Shown here: positions 12,101-23,200 of the stretch, piece by piece
Layout of the letters: each line of letters starts with the position of its first letter
How positions within the stretch are numbered: the first letter of the stretch is position 1
From: Pecten maximus
Lineage: Eukaryota
Assembly: GCF_902652985.1 (NCBI RefSeq)
Contig: NC_047020.1
Coordinates: forward strand, 15,748,001-15,812,000
DNA length: 64,000 nucleotides
Reading direction: 5' to 3'
Notes under the pieces: generated by a model
What the model was told of the DNA's origin: nothing
What the model saw: only the letters and a program-made list of their open reading frames with translations
The model's database searches: none
Made by a program: the position numbers and the translations under genes

Positions 12101-15100
12101 GCCTAGTTATGCATATTGCATTTTGAGACTATTCGGAAAACAACATGGCCGACAGGCAGTCATCTTGGATTTTGACAATTGAAGTTTGTTATCGCTATTT
12201 CTCAGAAACTAATGAGGGGATCTTTCTGAAATTTCATATGTAGGTCCCCCTCAGTGCCTAGTTATGCATATTGAATTTTAAGACTAATTGGAAAACAACA
12301 TGGCCGACAGGCAGCCATCTTGGATTTTGACAATTGAAGTTTGTTATCGCTATTTCTCAGAAACTAATGAGGGGATCTTTCTGAAATTTCATATGTAAGT
12401 TCCCCTTGGTGCCTAGTTATGCATATTGCATTTTGAGACCAATCTGAAAACAACATGGCCGACAGGCAGCCATCTTGGATTTTGACAATTGAAGTTTGTT
12501 ATCGCTATTTCTCAGAAACTAATAAGGGGATCTTTCTGAAATTTCATATGTAGGTCCCCCTCAGTGCCTAGTTATGCATATTGAATTTTGAGACTAATCG
12601 GAAAAAAACATGGCCGACAGGCAGCCATCTTGGATTTTGACAATTGAAGTTTGTTATCGCTATTTCTGAGAAAGCACTGAAGGGATCTTTCTCAAATTTC
12701 ATATAAAGGTTCCTCTTGGTGCCTTGTTATGCATATTGCATTTTGAGACCAATTGGAAAACAACATGGCCGACAGGCAGCCATCTTGGATTTTGACAATT
12801 GAAGTTTGTTATCGCTATTTCTCAGAAAGTACTGAAGGGATCTTTCTGAAATTTCATATGTAGGTGACCCTCTGTGCCTAGTTATGCATATTGCATTTTG
12901 AGACTATTCGGAAAACAACATGGCCGACAGGCAGTCATCTTGGATTTTGACAATTGAAGTTTGTTATCGCTATTTCTCCGAAACTAATGAGGGGATCTTT
13001 CTGAAATTTCATATGTAAGTTCCCCTTGGTGCCTAGTTATGCATATGGCATTTTGAGACCAATCTGAAAACAACATGGCCGACAGGCAGCCATCTTGGAT
13101 TTTGACAATTGAAGTTTGTTATCGCTATTTCTCAGAAACTTATGAGGGGATCTTTCTGAAATTTCATATGTAAGTTCCCCTTGGTGCCTAGTTATGCATA
13201 TTGGATTTTGAGACCAGTCAGAAAACAACCTGGCTGACAGGCAGCCATCTTGTATTTTGAAAATTGAAGTTTGTTATTGCTATTGTACAGAAGGTACTGA
13301 AGGGATTTTTCTCAAATTTCATATGTAGGTTCCCCTTGGTCCCTGGTATTGCATTTTGGGACCAATTGGAAAACAACATGGCCGACAGACAGCCATTATC
13401 GCTAAATCTTAAATTTTATATATAGGTTCCCCTTGTTTGAAAAGTACTAGAGGGCTGTTTCTGAATTTACACAGATTAGTAAGACTTAGAGGAAGGGAAA
13501 AGTAGAGAAAAGATCAATCTGACATGGAACCTATAAAGATCATTCATGGTGGGCGCCAAGATCCCTCTGGGATCTCTTGTTTCTTCTGCACAAAAATGAT
13601 TGAAGGAGATGAAGGATTTGTATCAAATTGGAACTGATGATTCCTCATGCATCCTAGATCAGATGTGTAGTATTTCATGCAAATCGAATTCAAAATGGCT
13701 GTTAGGCGGCCATATTGGATTTTAACATTAACATGAAAATACTGGATCTTTGTTGTTTTTAACTGTTCGCTATTCGATTATGCAAAGTTGTCAAGAAATA
13801 AACCAAGAGCTAACTGACAGAATGATCAAACTCATAGTTCAAGGTCACAAGTTCAAAGGTCAACGGTCAAGGTCATCCTGGGTCGGCTTCAAAATGCCAG
13901 GTAATCGACCCTTTTGGATTTTAGCAGTCAAAACAATTTTGACATTTTCTTATCAATGAATGATCTTGTTTTTGATATGCTTTTATATTAATTTGAAACA
14001 TTAGTTATAGCAGATTGCAGAATTGTTTATTAGGGCCCCGCATCAAAGATGCGGTGCCCTATAGTAATCAGGTTGTCTGTCTGTCCGTCTGTCTGTCCGT
14101 CTGTCCATTTTTTTCTTTTGCGCCAAATTATTGACAAGAGTTGGAGGATTTCGGTGAAAATTGGTACATAGTGGTATTTAGGGAAGCCAAAAACAATGGT
14201 ACCACTTACAAAATCAACTGTTGCCATGGTAACAAATGGAGGTTTCTGATTGGTTGAAATATCGATATTGTTCGATTTCGGTGAAAATTGGTACATAGTG
14301 GTATTTAGGGAAGCCAAACACAATGGTACCACTTATGAAACCGTCTGTTACCATGGTAACAAATGGAAGTTTCTGATTGGTTGAAAATTCGATATTGTTC
14401 GATTTCGGTGAAAATTGGTACATAGTGGTATTTAGGGAAGCCAAACACAATGGTACCACTTACGAAACCGTCTGTTGCCATGGTAACAAATGGAGGTTTC
14501 TGATTGGTCAAAATTTAGTTATTGTTCGATTTTGGTGAGAGAATTGGTATATAGGGGTTTTGAGGGAACAATGGTTCACCTTTCCAAAACCTGTGTTGTC
14601 ATGGGAATGAAACAGAGGCTTCTGATTGCGGCGAAAATTGGTACATACAGGTATTGAGGGAAGCCGATTTTCGATGATGTAACATTTTACATATTGACAT
14701 AAAACCACAATACACACATACATATACAATACTATTACAGTCTTCCATTAGCATAATTTATGACTTATGCAAAGTTGGTCACAATCAAACAAGATATCAA
14801 CTGACCAAAGTTCAAAGTCAATGGGTCATATGTTAAGGTCGGTTTGACATTTTTTAAATGGTATTAAAGATTTTGTTATGACATTATGAAGGTAAGTTGG
14901 TGTCAAGCGACCAAATTTTGAAGTTGATTGGGTCTAAATATAAAAAGTTTTAAAACAAAAAAAGGTGAAAAAAGTACTGGTTTGGATTTCTTATACCTCA
15001 AATGACAAAAAAAGGACATTATTAAAATATTTTTAAAAATCCTTTTTTTTCTCCCCTTTTCTTCACATTTGGTATGTTTTGTTTTTCAGAAAACCCTCTC

Positions 15101-15755
15101 AAGTTTACCTTATTAGAATAACTGCATTGAGTTTATATCAGTTTGTGTGCTCCTTGATATTAGATTTGAAACAAATTTGAAAAGTGTAATGCTTGTAGAA
15201 TTCTTTTAGCTAGCTTTTCCATACAATAATAATAAGCAGTATTGTCAGTGGCCCTATTAATGCTAACATTAATGAAACAATAGCAAAGGTTAATCAAAAA
15301 CATATATCTAATAGTTTCATGTCAGTATATTACAATCAGTGTTTTTCCTGGGTATTTTTACAGTGCACAGTGTATTCCTAAAAACGAAACTGGGAATTTT
15401 TTCATTGATTGTGAAAAGTCGTCATACAAATGTTATTTGGAATTTTCGAGTTGATTTTGGGGAAAAATCAGGCTAAAACGCATTGAGAATGGGGTCGTTT
15501 GGCGCACCCAGTTATATAGGCAGGAAAAACACTGACAATAATTATTACATTTACCCTGAAGGGTCAGACACATAGCGGGGCCCTTTCTGACGTGTCAGTG
15601 TTCTAGTTTCCATAGTTGATTTGTTTATCAATCTTTAACTCACAATCCTTTATTACAGGCTATTTCTGACAGAGAAAGTTGGTGGAATTTGTAGAGATGA
15701 GACAGTGGAAGGACTTAGGTTTTACAGTAATTACTTTCTGACAAGAACAGATTAA
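119..15755 (+). CDS. VPS36: ESCRT-II subunit VPS36/EAP45 (GLUE domain plus winged helices), 382 aa, 13 coding exons: 119-214, 422-490, 907-977, 1407-1521, 3383-3460, 5451-5567, 5985-6062, 6372-6506, 6959-7024, 9500-9564, 10698-10782, 11193-11269, 15659-15755
   Basis: All introns are GT-AG with compatible phases. The spliced product [32 protein letters not shown]...[12 protein letters not shown]...GIMGIERSL...[16 protein letters not shown]...[17 protein letters not shown]...[27 protein letters not shown]...[10 protein letters not shown]...[16 protein letters not shown] is co-linear with metazoan VPS36 motifs. Confidence 0.97.
721..850. repeat. Tandem duplication of a 64-bp unit (2 copies) in VPS36 intron 2
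   Basis: AAGTCAAAAGTGGGCATTTGGAAATGAAATGAATTCTGTATGTGATATGATCGTGCTGTTTTTC starts at 721 and again at 785. Confidence 0.95.
1660..2070. mobile_element. Palindrome-rich non-autonomous element ending in a 160-bp hairpin (family uncertain)
   Basis: Inverted repeat 1909-1987 / 1992-2068 with a very short loop. Small hairpin TTGGAAGTTATG-agtc-CATAACTTCCAA at 1711-1738 uses the same 12-mer. Inverted ATTATGACGTCA/TGACGTCATAAT pair near 1745-1777. Richer in CpG than the flanks. Left boundary is approximate. Confidence 0.6.
2380..2830. repeat. Degenerate minisatellite built on ATTGTCTCCCTT(ACACAC) in VPS36 intron 4
   Basis: About ten recurrences of (A)TTGTCTCCCTT with CA runs, plus a near-perfect ~60-bp duplication at about 2482-2620. 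Confidence 0.8.
3545..5126 (+). mobile_element. Non-autonomous Helentron/HINE-type element with about 4.3 copies of a 324-bp internal tandem repeat
   Basis: 5' subTIR GGTCACCTGAG with nearby inverted CTCAAGTGACC; (GTCC/GTC)n microsatellite; AAATCTT marker at 3793, 4117, 4441 and 4765; 3' CTCAGGTGACC plus hairpin AGGCCCATGGGCCT and CTTGTT end; T-rich insertion site. Confidence 0.88.
7201..7487 (+). mobile_element. tRNA-derived SINE with CORE-like domain
   Basis: Degenerate A box (TAGCTCAGT), CORE-like TCCTTGGGCAAGACACTTTACC, tail GCCATGGCTGTTCACGGGGCGATTAACCCAGCAAAA. A homologous copy lies at 23848-24154. Confidence 0.78.
7802..9459 (+). mobile_element. HINE/Helentron-type element (family B, copy 1) with 9 copies of a 155-bp satellite monomer
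   Basis: 5' TAGCCCACCATC-atca-GATGGTGGGCTA hairpin and (GTCC)n; monomer marker at 8016, 8171, 8326, 8481, 8636, 8791, 8946, 9101 and about 9248; 3' ATGGTGGGC plus hairpin AGATCCC-tct-GGGATCT and CTTGTT. Confidence 0.92.
9680..10600. repeat. 51-52-bp minisatellite (about 16 copies) ending in one inverted copy, VPS36 intron 10
   Basis: Unit CTGCTAAAACTGACCATAATCTTAGGCACCACAATTCTGACCAGTCACCTGT with markers at 9691, 9743, 9795, 9846, 9898, 9949 and 10001. A reverse-complement unit ACCAGTCAGAATTTTGGAGCC..TTATGG lies at about 10555-10595. Confidence 0.92.
11791..13581 (+). mobile_element. HINE/Helentron-type element (family B, copy 2) with 10 copies of the 155-bp monomer, nested in family A
   Basis: Termini nearly identical to 7802-9459. 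Monomer markers at 11989, 12144, 12299, 12454, 12609, 12764, 12919, 13074, 13229 and about 13377. Inserted in the T-run after the host microsatellite. Confidence 0.92.
15337..15534. mobile_element. MITE, 198 bp, 14-bp perfect TIR, 5-bp TSD
   Basis: CAGTGTTTTTCCTG ... CAGGAAAAACACTG flanked by ACAAT at 15332-15336 and 15535-15539. Confidence 0.85.
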
Positions 15756-16144
15756 TGGGAACAATTGAGAGCCACTTCGTCCCTTGGATATGAATTATAA
15801 AACACCAGTAATGATAGGACATTTGGAATGGAAAATTTATTTGTTACCAGTACAGCACACATAATTCAGTAGCCTCATGGATATAAGTTTCGATGTAAGC
15901 TTGTTACCTGTGGATTTAAACAACAGAGTGTAATCGTGACTGGATAGTGGGAACTACCAACTCGGTGATGACTTTATTGATGAGGTTGGATAGAGGAATG
16001 TTGGATAAGTGGAGGCCAGATCTAAATTAATGATGCTTCATATTGGGATAATAAATCTTTTTTTTTTCAAACTTTATTTTATAACAATTGCAAAACAAGT
16101 TCTACGTGGTCAGTCAAGTGACCCTATACCTTTTGTCCGACCAG

Positions 16145-16365
16145 GGGGTCGCGGTGGCCAAGTGGTTAAGGTGTCCCTGACACTTTATCTCTAGCCCTCC
16201 ACCTCTGGGTTGCGAGTTTGAAACCTAAGTGGGGCAGTTGCCTGGTACTGACCATAAGCCAGTGGTTTTTCTCCGGGTATTCCAGCTTTCCTCCACCTCC
16301 AAAACCTGGCACGTCCTTAAATGACCCTGGCTGTTAATAGGACGTTAAACAAAAACAAACCAAAA
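16145..16365 (+). mobile_element. tRNA-derived SINE with V-domain-like core and 12-bp TSD
   Basis: A box TGGCCAAGTGG; B-box-like GAGTTTGAAACC; core GGTTTTTCTCCGGGTATTCCAGCTTTCCTCCACC; tail GGCTGTTAATAGGACGTTAAAC(AAAC)n; TSD TTGTCCGACCAG at 16133-16144 and 16366-16377. Confidence 0.88.
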
Positions 16366-17212
16366 TTGTCCGACCAGAGAATCCAATCCCAGTCTCCTAG
16401 GTGAAAGGTGTGTTACCACTGTGCCACCCAACCAACAAATTATATTTGGCTGGAAAGCAAGACAACTGGTTTACTTTTTAATGGAATAGCAGGAGAACAG
16501 TTTTGGCTGCATGCAATAAAGCAGTCTTAGTTTCTATCCGTATAGTTTTTTTGAGGGAAATATTCAGAGATGTTCATCAGACCATGTGGTCACCCGCTAT
16601 TCCATACAGAAGTAAGATATATACATTAAATACCATTATCTAGGTATCTATTATTATGTGCTGTGTGGGAAATGATTTATTTTATATTTTCTGATGAAAT
16701 AAAATATTAGCGTTAGTTTATTTGATTGTACAGGGGTATTAATAGTGTATAATACATAGTGAAATAAATTATTGATGTATATTAATTGTTGTGTGATTTG
16801 TGTAAAGATAACAACAGAAGTAGAAAAATTGTAAGCATTTAATTGGCACTTTGAATGATTAAAAACAATGTCGCATATCACAGTATAGAATGAACATATA
16901 AACTGAATTGTCCAATGAAATACAAACACATTTGTTCCTATCTAATGTCTGTTGAGTAGTGGGTGTATATCTAGGATGTGTTAGGATGACCAGTTTTGAA
17001 CAATTTAATCAGTTTTAAATCACCAAATGAAATTGTCACACTAGGACATCCTATGAAGATGCCAGAGTGTCACAATAGGATACATATAAAGATTCCACAG
17101 TGGAATGTCATAAGGGGATGCCACAATAGGATGTTGTATTTGGATGAACTTTAAAGTTACCACGCTGGTATGACCTACGAGGATGCACTGGAAGATGCCA
17201 CAATAAGATGCC

Positions 17213-20200
17213 TTATGAAGTTACCTCATTAGGACATCCTACGAGAATGTTATTTTTAGGTGTACATGATGGAGGAATTAGAGAGCACAAATCTACAGTA
17301 TACCCACTCTCTTTGGCTAGCAATGCACGATCTGTGTCCACAAGGTTCATACAGTATTTACCTACAAAAGGAATGTAGCATATTAGCCCTTTTGATTCAT
17401 CTAATTTCAGATTGAGATCTTAGTATATTTAAAATAGGTAAAAGTGACATTTCTTTTTGTTTGATTTTAGTCGAGACCATTATTCAGCACATTACAAAGA
17501 GAAATCTGTTCTGAAGTCGGCAAATATCCAATTGCTTTAATTTAAACTAGTCTAAGTCCAGACAGACGCAAGATAAACACTTGACTCATAAAGAGCTGAA
17601 TTGAAGTTCTGACAAATACATGTAGTGAGATATGTTTGGATAATTTAAGACACCCTCAATATTATAATATTCTATTAATAATTGGAGCATTTAATTTGAT
17701 AAAAATTTTGCTGGTTAGCAAATTACACACCGGAAGTGGCACTATATAACACAATGGTAAGTAAAATGATTCCAAAATTCTGTACCTTGCTCCAAACAAA
17801 TCTAGGCATTTTGATTAGTTTTGGTCCTCGTAATAAAAGACTAATAATATTATGCCACATATTGCTTCTCAATATCCAAGATTGTTTACACAATTTGATT
17901 TTCTAGATCTTGACTGTTAACATACTGCTCCTGGAAATCAATTATCATTACAAATGACTATAACATACCTTGCTCCTCGAGATCTCTATTGAATTCTGTC
18001 TGATCTGCTGCATGACCCAACACAATAAAATCCTGTTAAAATAGAACATCTTGTAAGTACCAAGTCCTGTAAACAGTACATAGCCCTGTTCAGAACGGTC
18101 ATAGTCGGTGAGAAACCTAGCAATGCCGTCATGTAGGTGGTAAACCAATAAAATAACAGATAATGGACTTGTTCCCCATAAATTGTCATTCTCAACAGAT
18201 CATCAGGTTCTCTACAAACACCCTTATGAGTGGGACCTGTGACATAAAACTGTCCTCCTATTGGTTAAGTGAAATCTTGTTTAATCTTGACTTCACCAAA
18301 GCCTGATCAAGTGTAGAACTTGATGTTACCATACTAGAGTGTCGAATACTGATCAAGTGTAGAACTTGGTGTTATCGTACTAGAGGGTCGAATCCTGGTC
18401 AAGTGTTGAACTTGATGTTACCATACTAGAGTGTCAAATACTGATCAAGTGTAGAACTTGGTGTTATCATAATAGAGTGTCAAATCCTGGTCAAGTGTTG
18501 AAATTGATGTTACCATACTAGAGTGTATTTGGTGAAAGGGTTTATACACTAATATACTCAGCGTCCCTTCATTATCGTGGTGGAACCATAATTGTGGTAA
18601 CAGTGACAAGGACATTGCCAAACTAACAAGAGATCTGAGCCGGGTTAAATGATATCCTACAAAGTTTTTCAAAGATTCACATTAGGGATACAATACGATT
18701 ATTCTATAATAATGACTCCATTCTCCCAATTTTGGATAAAAATTTGTCAAAAATCATAGCATAACTCATTATCTCGCATACGGGGAGCATATACTACCTT
18801 GGATGGAATGTTGGCCGTCTTGAAATGCTGACTCCTTGGATACGTCATCAGGTGTGTGTTTTGGATGCCACCATAGCAACAAGGGCAGATAACAAACTTT
18901 GCATTGTTCTGTAGACATTGATGTAGAACCATGTCTGTGGCTGAGCCACAAGCATGCAGACATGTCCCGACATCAAAGCTCCCTCGGAAATAATCCTGAT
19001 TACACTATGAAAACAAAAGGTTTCATAAATTGAAAGTAAACTTACTAAATCTTTTAAAACTCTTCAATACATGTATTACTCAAGCCTGTTCAATGGAATT
19101 AGGGATTAATAGGAAGAGTAATATTTCTGTGTTTCTATTTGATTAACAATTTGCATTTCAAATGATATTGCTAGCTTTTTTGATATTTTCGAGAAAATAT
19201 TTCTAATATTTCTTTTTCAATTTGCATTTTTCTGTCTCATTGTATCAAAGGAATACTATATAGCTATCAGTTAGGTATTTAAACTGCTTAAATCTGTTGT
19301 ATAATTTCTCAACAAGTTGTCTGCAAGTAGGAAAAATGTCTTCAGCAAAACAAATCAAACAATAATCAGCACTCTCACAGATCAATTTTAGTTTTACCTG
19401 GAAAAGTGTAACGTTGTTGAGACTGGCTTTCTCCACACGAGTCTTGGCACGCATCAAAGATGACTCATTATTCTCAACCAAATAAACCTACAAATAATAA
19501 AATCACATTGTACACATGAAGTCAAAGATACATAGAATATGTATGTAATGGTTTCCAATTGAATGTTAAGTATAGTTCACAAATATAGTAATATATATAG
19601 TGAAACTGACTTTAGTCTAAACACTGTGGGACCGAGTTAATGTGTCAGATATTTTTGGTTTGGTTAATTTAAGGTAACATCCTATTAACAGCCAGGGTCA
19701 TTTAAGGACGTGCCAGGTTTTGGAGGTGGAGGAAAGCCAGAGAACCCGGAGAAAATTGTCTGCTTAGAGTCAGTACCATGCAACTGCCCCACGTGGGTTT
19801 CAAAATTCTCGCGACCCAGAGGTGGAGGGCTAGTGATAAAGTGTTGGGGCACCTTAACCAATGCGCCATTGCGGCCCCAGTGTGTCAGATGTGTGAGTGA
19901 AAATGAGTGAAATATATCTATTTGTGGTATTCACAGAGAGAAGATGTAATTAATTATCTAGAAAGATATCATCACAGTGCTATACAGATAGTTTGATATT
20001 TAGTAAATATTTAGTACCGAGGTTTGTTGCAAATAGGTATCAACACAAAAACTGTTATTTATCCTATGATAACTTCACCTGCACCAGATCTGAATTAAGG
20101 TGAAGTTCATAAAATGTATCATTTTGTCATAATTAATAGCACTTTGGATAATATTTTAGCATGTCTGTGTTATACCACATGCATAAACAACTGTGGAGAA

Positions 20201-23200
20201 GTTTCTCTGGACTCCAGTCTCTGGAGTTTATGTATTTGATAACGTTTTAGGGAAGCCCCCATCCCCAATTGGCTTATAGCCTATATTGAACAATATTTTA
20301 TACAAACTCCATTCCATGTTAAGTTAATCAGCGACAATCTAAACATAGACAAGACTTTACATTCCCTGTTTAGTATTTATGAATAGCAACTATCTTTCTT
20401 AAGTCAAGATTAAATTTAATTTGCTACTACAATATTTTTTAAAACCTCTTTCCCCATATTCCAGTCCAAGTAATAATTTGACTTTTTCAAGTCACCTGAA
20501 ACTGACTTCAAGTACAGAAAGAGTGAAGACGCTATAATATATAGATCAGTTATTAGGTAACAGATTTGTGACATATTTCACTACATCCTCACCTTACAAT
20601 CTGGCATCAAATAGGCTATGACCAATCCAAGATGACCCTGTTGTAAAAAAGAAAAGAAATAACTCAAAAATCTTTAATTTGGAGATTACCAGCTGACTGC
20701 CACAAATATAACAAATGGCTTGTACATTAATGTAACTTTAAATTAATTTGAAATCATATCTTAGAAATCAGTGGCTACGTACAGTAACACTTTAATAACA
20801 GATTATCCCAATCAGAAAACAGATTATAGCCATGTGACAAGTCCAACTGACCCCTCCACTACAGAAGTCGACGATGATGTCCCCTGGTTTTGCCAGAGCT
20901 TGGACCGCCGTCACTAAATTCTCCAGCTGCTGACATTTCCTCATCAGGCGCTTCTTAGGCAAGTCTGGAACAGACAGAATCAAACCATACCAAATTATAC
21001 TCTCATAAGTCTAGCAATGAGACAACATTACACTAAACAAATCTAGTGTCTAAACAGAGTTCATATCAAAATTATACTCAGACAGAGGTGGCATCACGAT
21101 ATCAACATATTACAACATACAACCAAAAATAGCAAGGATACAAAACTCATCAACATGGGTGCTCCCATAAAACCATACTGGTAGTTTTTGTTGTTGTAAA
21201 TTATGTTATCAAGGACTTCTTGTAGCCAATTAAATGCACCAATTAGTTATTAAAGACAAAGGATCATGGAATTAGTTCACTTGTCTTTCAATATACCCCC
21301 CCCCCCCCCCCCCCCTAGTCCAAATATTAGTTCTCCAGGCTGCTTAATACACAAATGTCTTAGAACAAGTTTATTGCACACTTATCCTTTTTAAATTCAA
21401 GTGAATGTACTTCATTTATCATATGCAGACACCTACCCTATACTGAAGGCTTAAGTCTACAGTAACTAACATTGGAATATGTTTTAAAACTGATGTAGAC
21501 AGCTATATCTATTCTGTAGGCTTAGTCTACAGCAACAAGAGCTGTCACCGAGGGGGTGACAAGTATACCCCCGCTTTTCCATGAGTATACACTAATTTAT
21601 TCGCAGTCAATCCATTGAAAACAAAATAAATCCATAGCAGGACAAACTTGTAACCATTTCTTACATAAAGGGTCATAACTCTGGGTTTTATAGGAAAAAG
21701 CTGTTCCTGGCGGCAAAATTCCATGTGGTCCTTCAACTCTGTATAAAGTTTCAAGAAAATCAACCCAAAACTAAGTGTATGCATAGACTGACAAAATTTT
21801 GCTCGTTTTTAAAGAAAAAGGGGCATAACTCTATCAGAACTGGTAATTCGGCAAAATCTTTGCATAGAGCTAAGCCTCATAGGGTCCTCTAACTACATAC
21901 CAAATTTTAGTAAAATCCGTTGAAAACAAAGCAAATGCATAGGCGGACAAGCTAGTAACCTTTTTTTACATAAAGGGGCATAACTCTGTAAAAAGGGGTT
22001 TTTCAGAAGAAGCTGTTACTGGAGACACAACTTCATGCCATCCTTCAACTCTGTATAAAGTTTCAAGAAAATCCATCAAAAACTAAGTGAATGCATAGCC
22101 GGACAAAATTATGATACATTTTGTATGAAAAGGGACATAACGCTGTTAAAAAGGGCTAAATCCCAAAATCACTGCAGGCGACACAAGTTCATATGGTCTT
22201 CTAACTACTAACAAAATTTGAGTGAAATCCATAAAGAAATGAGCGAATGCATAGCCGGACAAATTTTGTGACGGACGGACAAGGTGATTCCAGTATACCA
22301 CCCCTAACTTCGTTGCGGGGGGTATAACTAACATGGGAGTGTGTTTCATTTACCTGATGTAGACAGTTATATCTATCCTGTAGGCTTAGTCTACAGCAAC
22401 TTACATCCACAGATAGGGTTCAATGGCAGTAACTCATGTAGACAACTACACTATCATCTAACCTTTGGTCTACAGTAAATCACTTACCAGCACCAGGGTG
22501 TACCCCATCAGGAATTCCCTCCCACACCAACTGAACTGCTTCTCCACACGGGTGGTAGCCTAATTCCACACTGATATTGCTCTCCTGTAAAAAAGTAGTA
22601 TCAATCATTAATTCCAGTCTTGAATTTCATTTTCTTTCATGATATATTCCAACTACAAACGTTCGATGAGATCAACCCCCCCCCCCCCCCCCCCCCAATT
22701 AACTCATCATTAATACTAAGTTCACATTTCAAATTTCAAATCTGCCTTCAACACATGATCAGTGCTCAGATATATACAAATGTAAGAGTCAAGTTATGTT
22801 TTCATATATCCAACATATTCTGTTATCTACATTTTCCTAGCTAAAATGTTTGTCTCAGAAATTTTATCCAAGAAAATCAATTCTATCTTGTTCAAATGAC
22901 AAAATGGACAAAAACAGGTGTGAACATTTTCCTTGTTATAAAGTTGTTGTCTGTACATGGGTAGTGGCCAAGCAAATCAGGACTCCTCATTTCCAACTCA
23001 AAAGGTGCAATGATGGGAGTTTTTTGTCTTACCTTCACCTTTTCCAGTGCACTTGCAACTTCTGGTTTGATGGCCCGGGACTTGGCTCTACATCTCCGGC
23101 TATCAAAGTAAAACAAATTCCCCATCATATATACATAGTAAACTACCAATATTACATTAATTACAGGTAACATTTTTCGAATTATAATCTATTGTGTAAA

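Larger units (their letters stand above)
11714..15608 (+). mobile_element. Composite HINE-type element (family A): two 5' modules (11714 and 14030), one 3' module, a 127-bp tandem array, and nested insertions
   Basis: TAGGGCCCCGCATC..GATGCGG(G)TGCCCTATAGTAATCAGGTTG(TCCG/TCTG)n occurs twice. 127-bp monomers have markers at 14161, 14288, 14415 and about 14544. The 3' end GCGGGGCCCT plus hairpin CTGACGTGTCAG and CTAGTT lies at 15575-15608. Confidence 0.8.

Noticed and set aside
14030-14729. Overlapping repetitive ORFs ([12 protein letters not shown]..., [14 protein letters not shown]...)
   Set aside because: They are translations of the 127-bp HINE monomer in shifting frames.
16145-16225. tRNA-like sequence with A and B boxes
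   Set aside because: It is a SINE head: no complete cloverleaf, and it continues into a core and tail bounded by a TSD.
22620-22844. Poly-proline ORF
   Set aside because: It results from the intronic C21 run.
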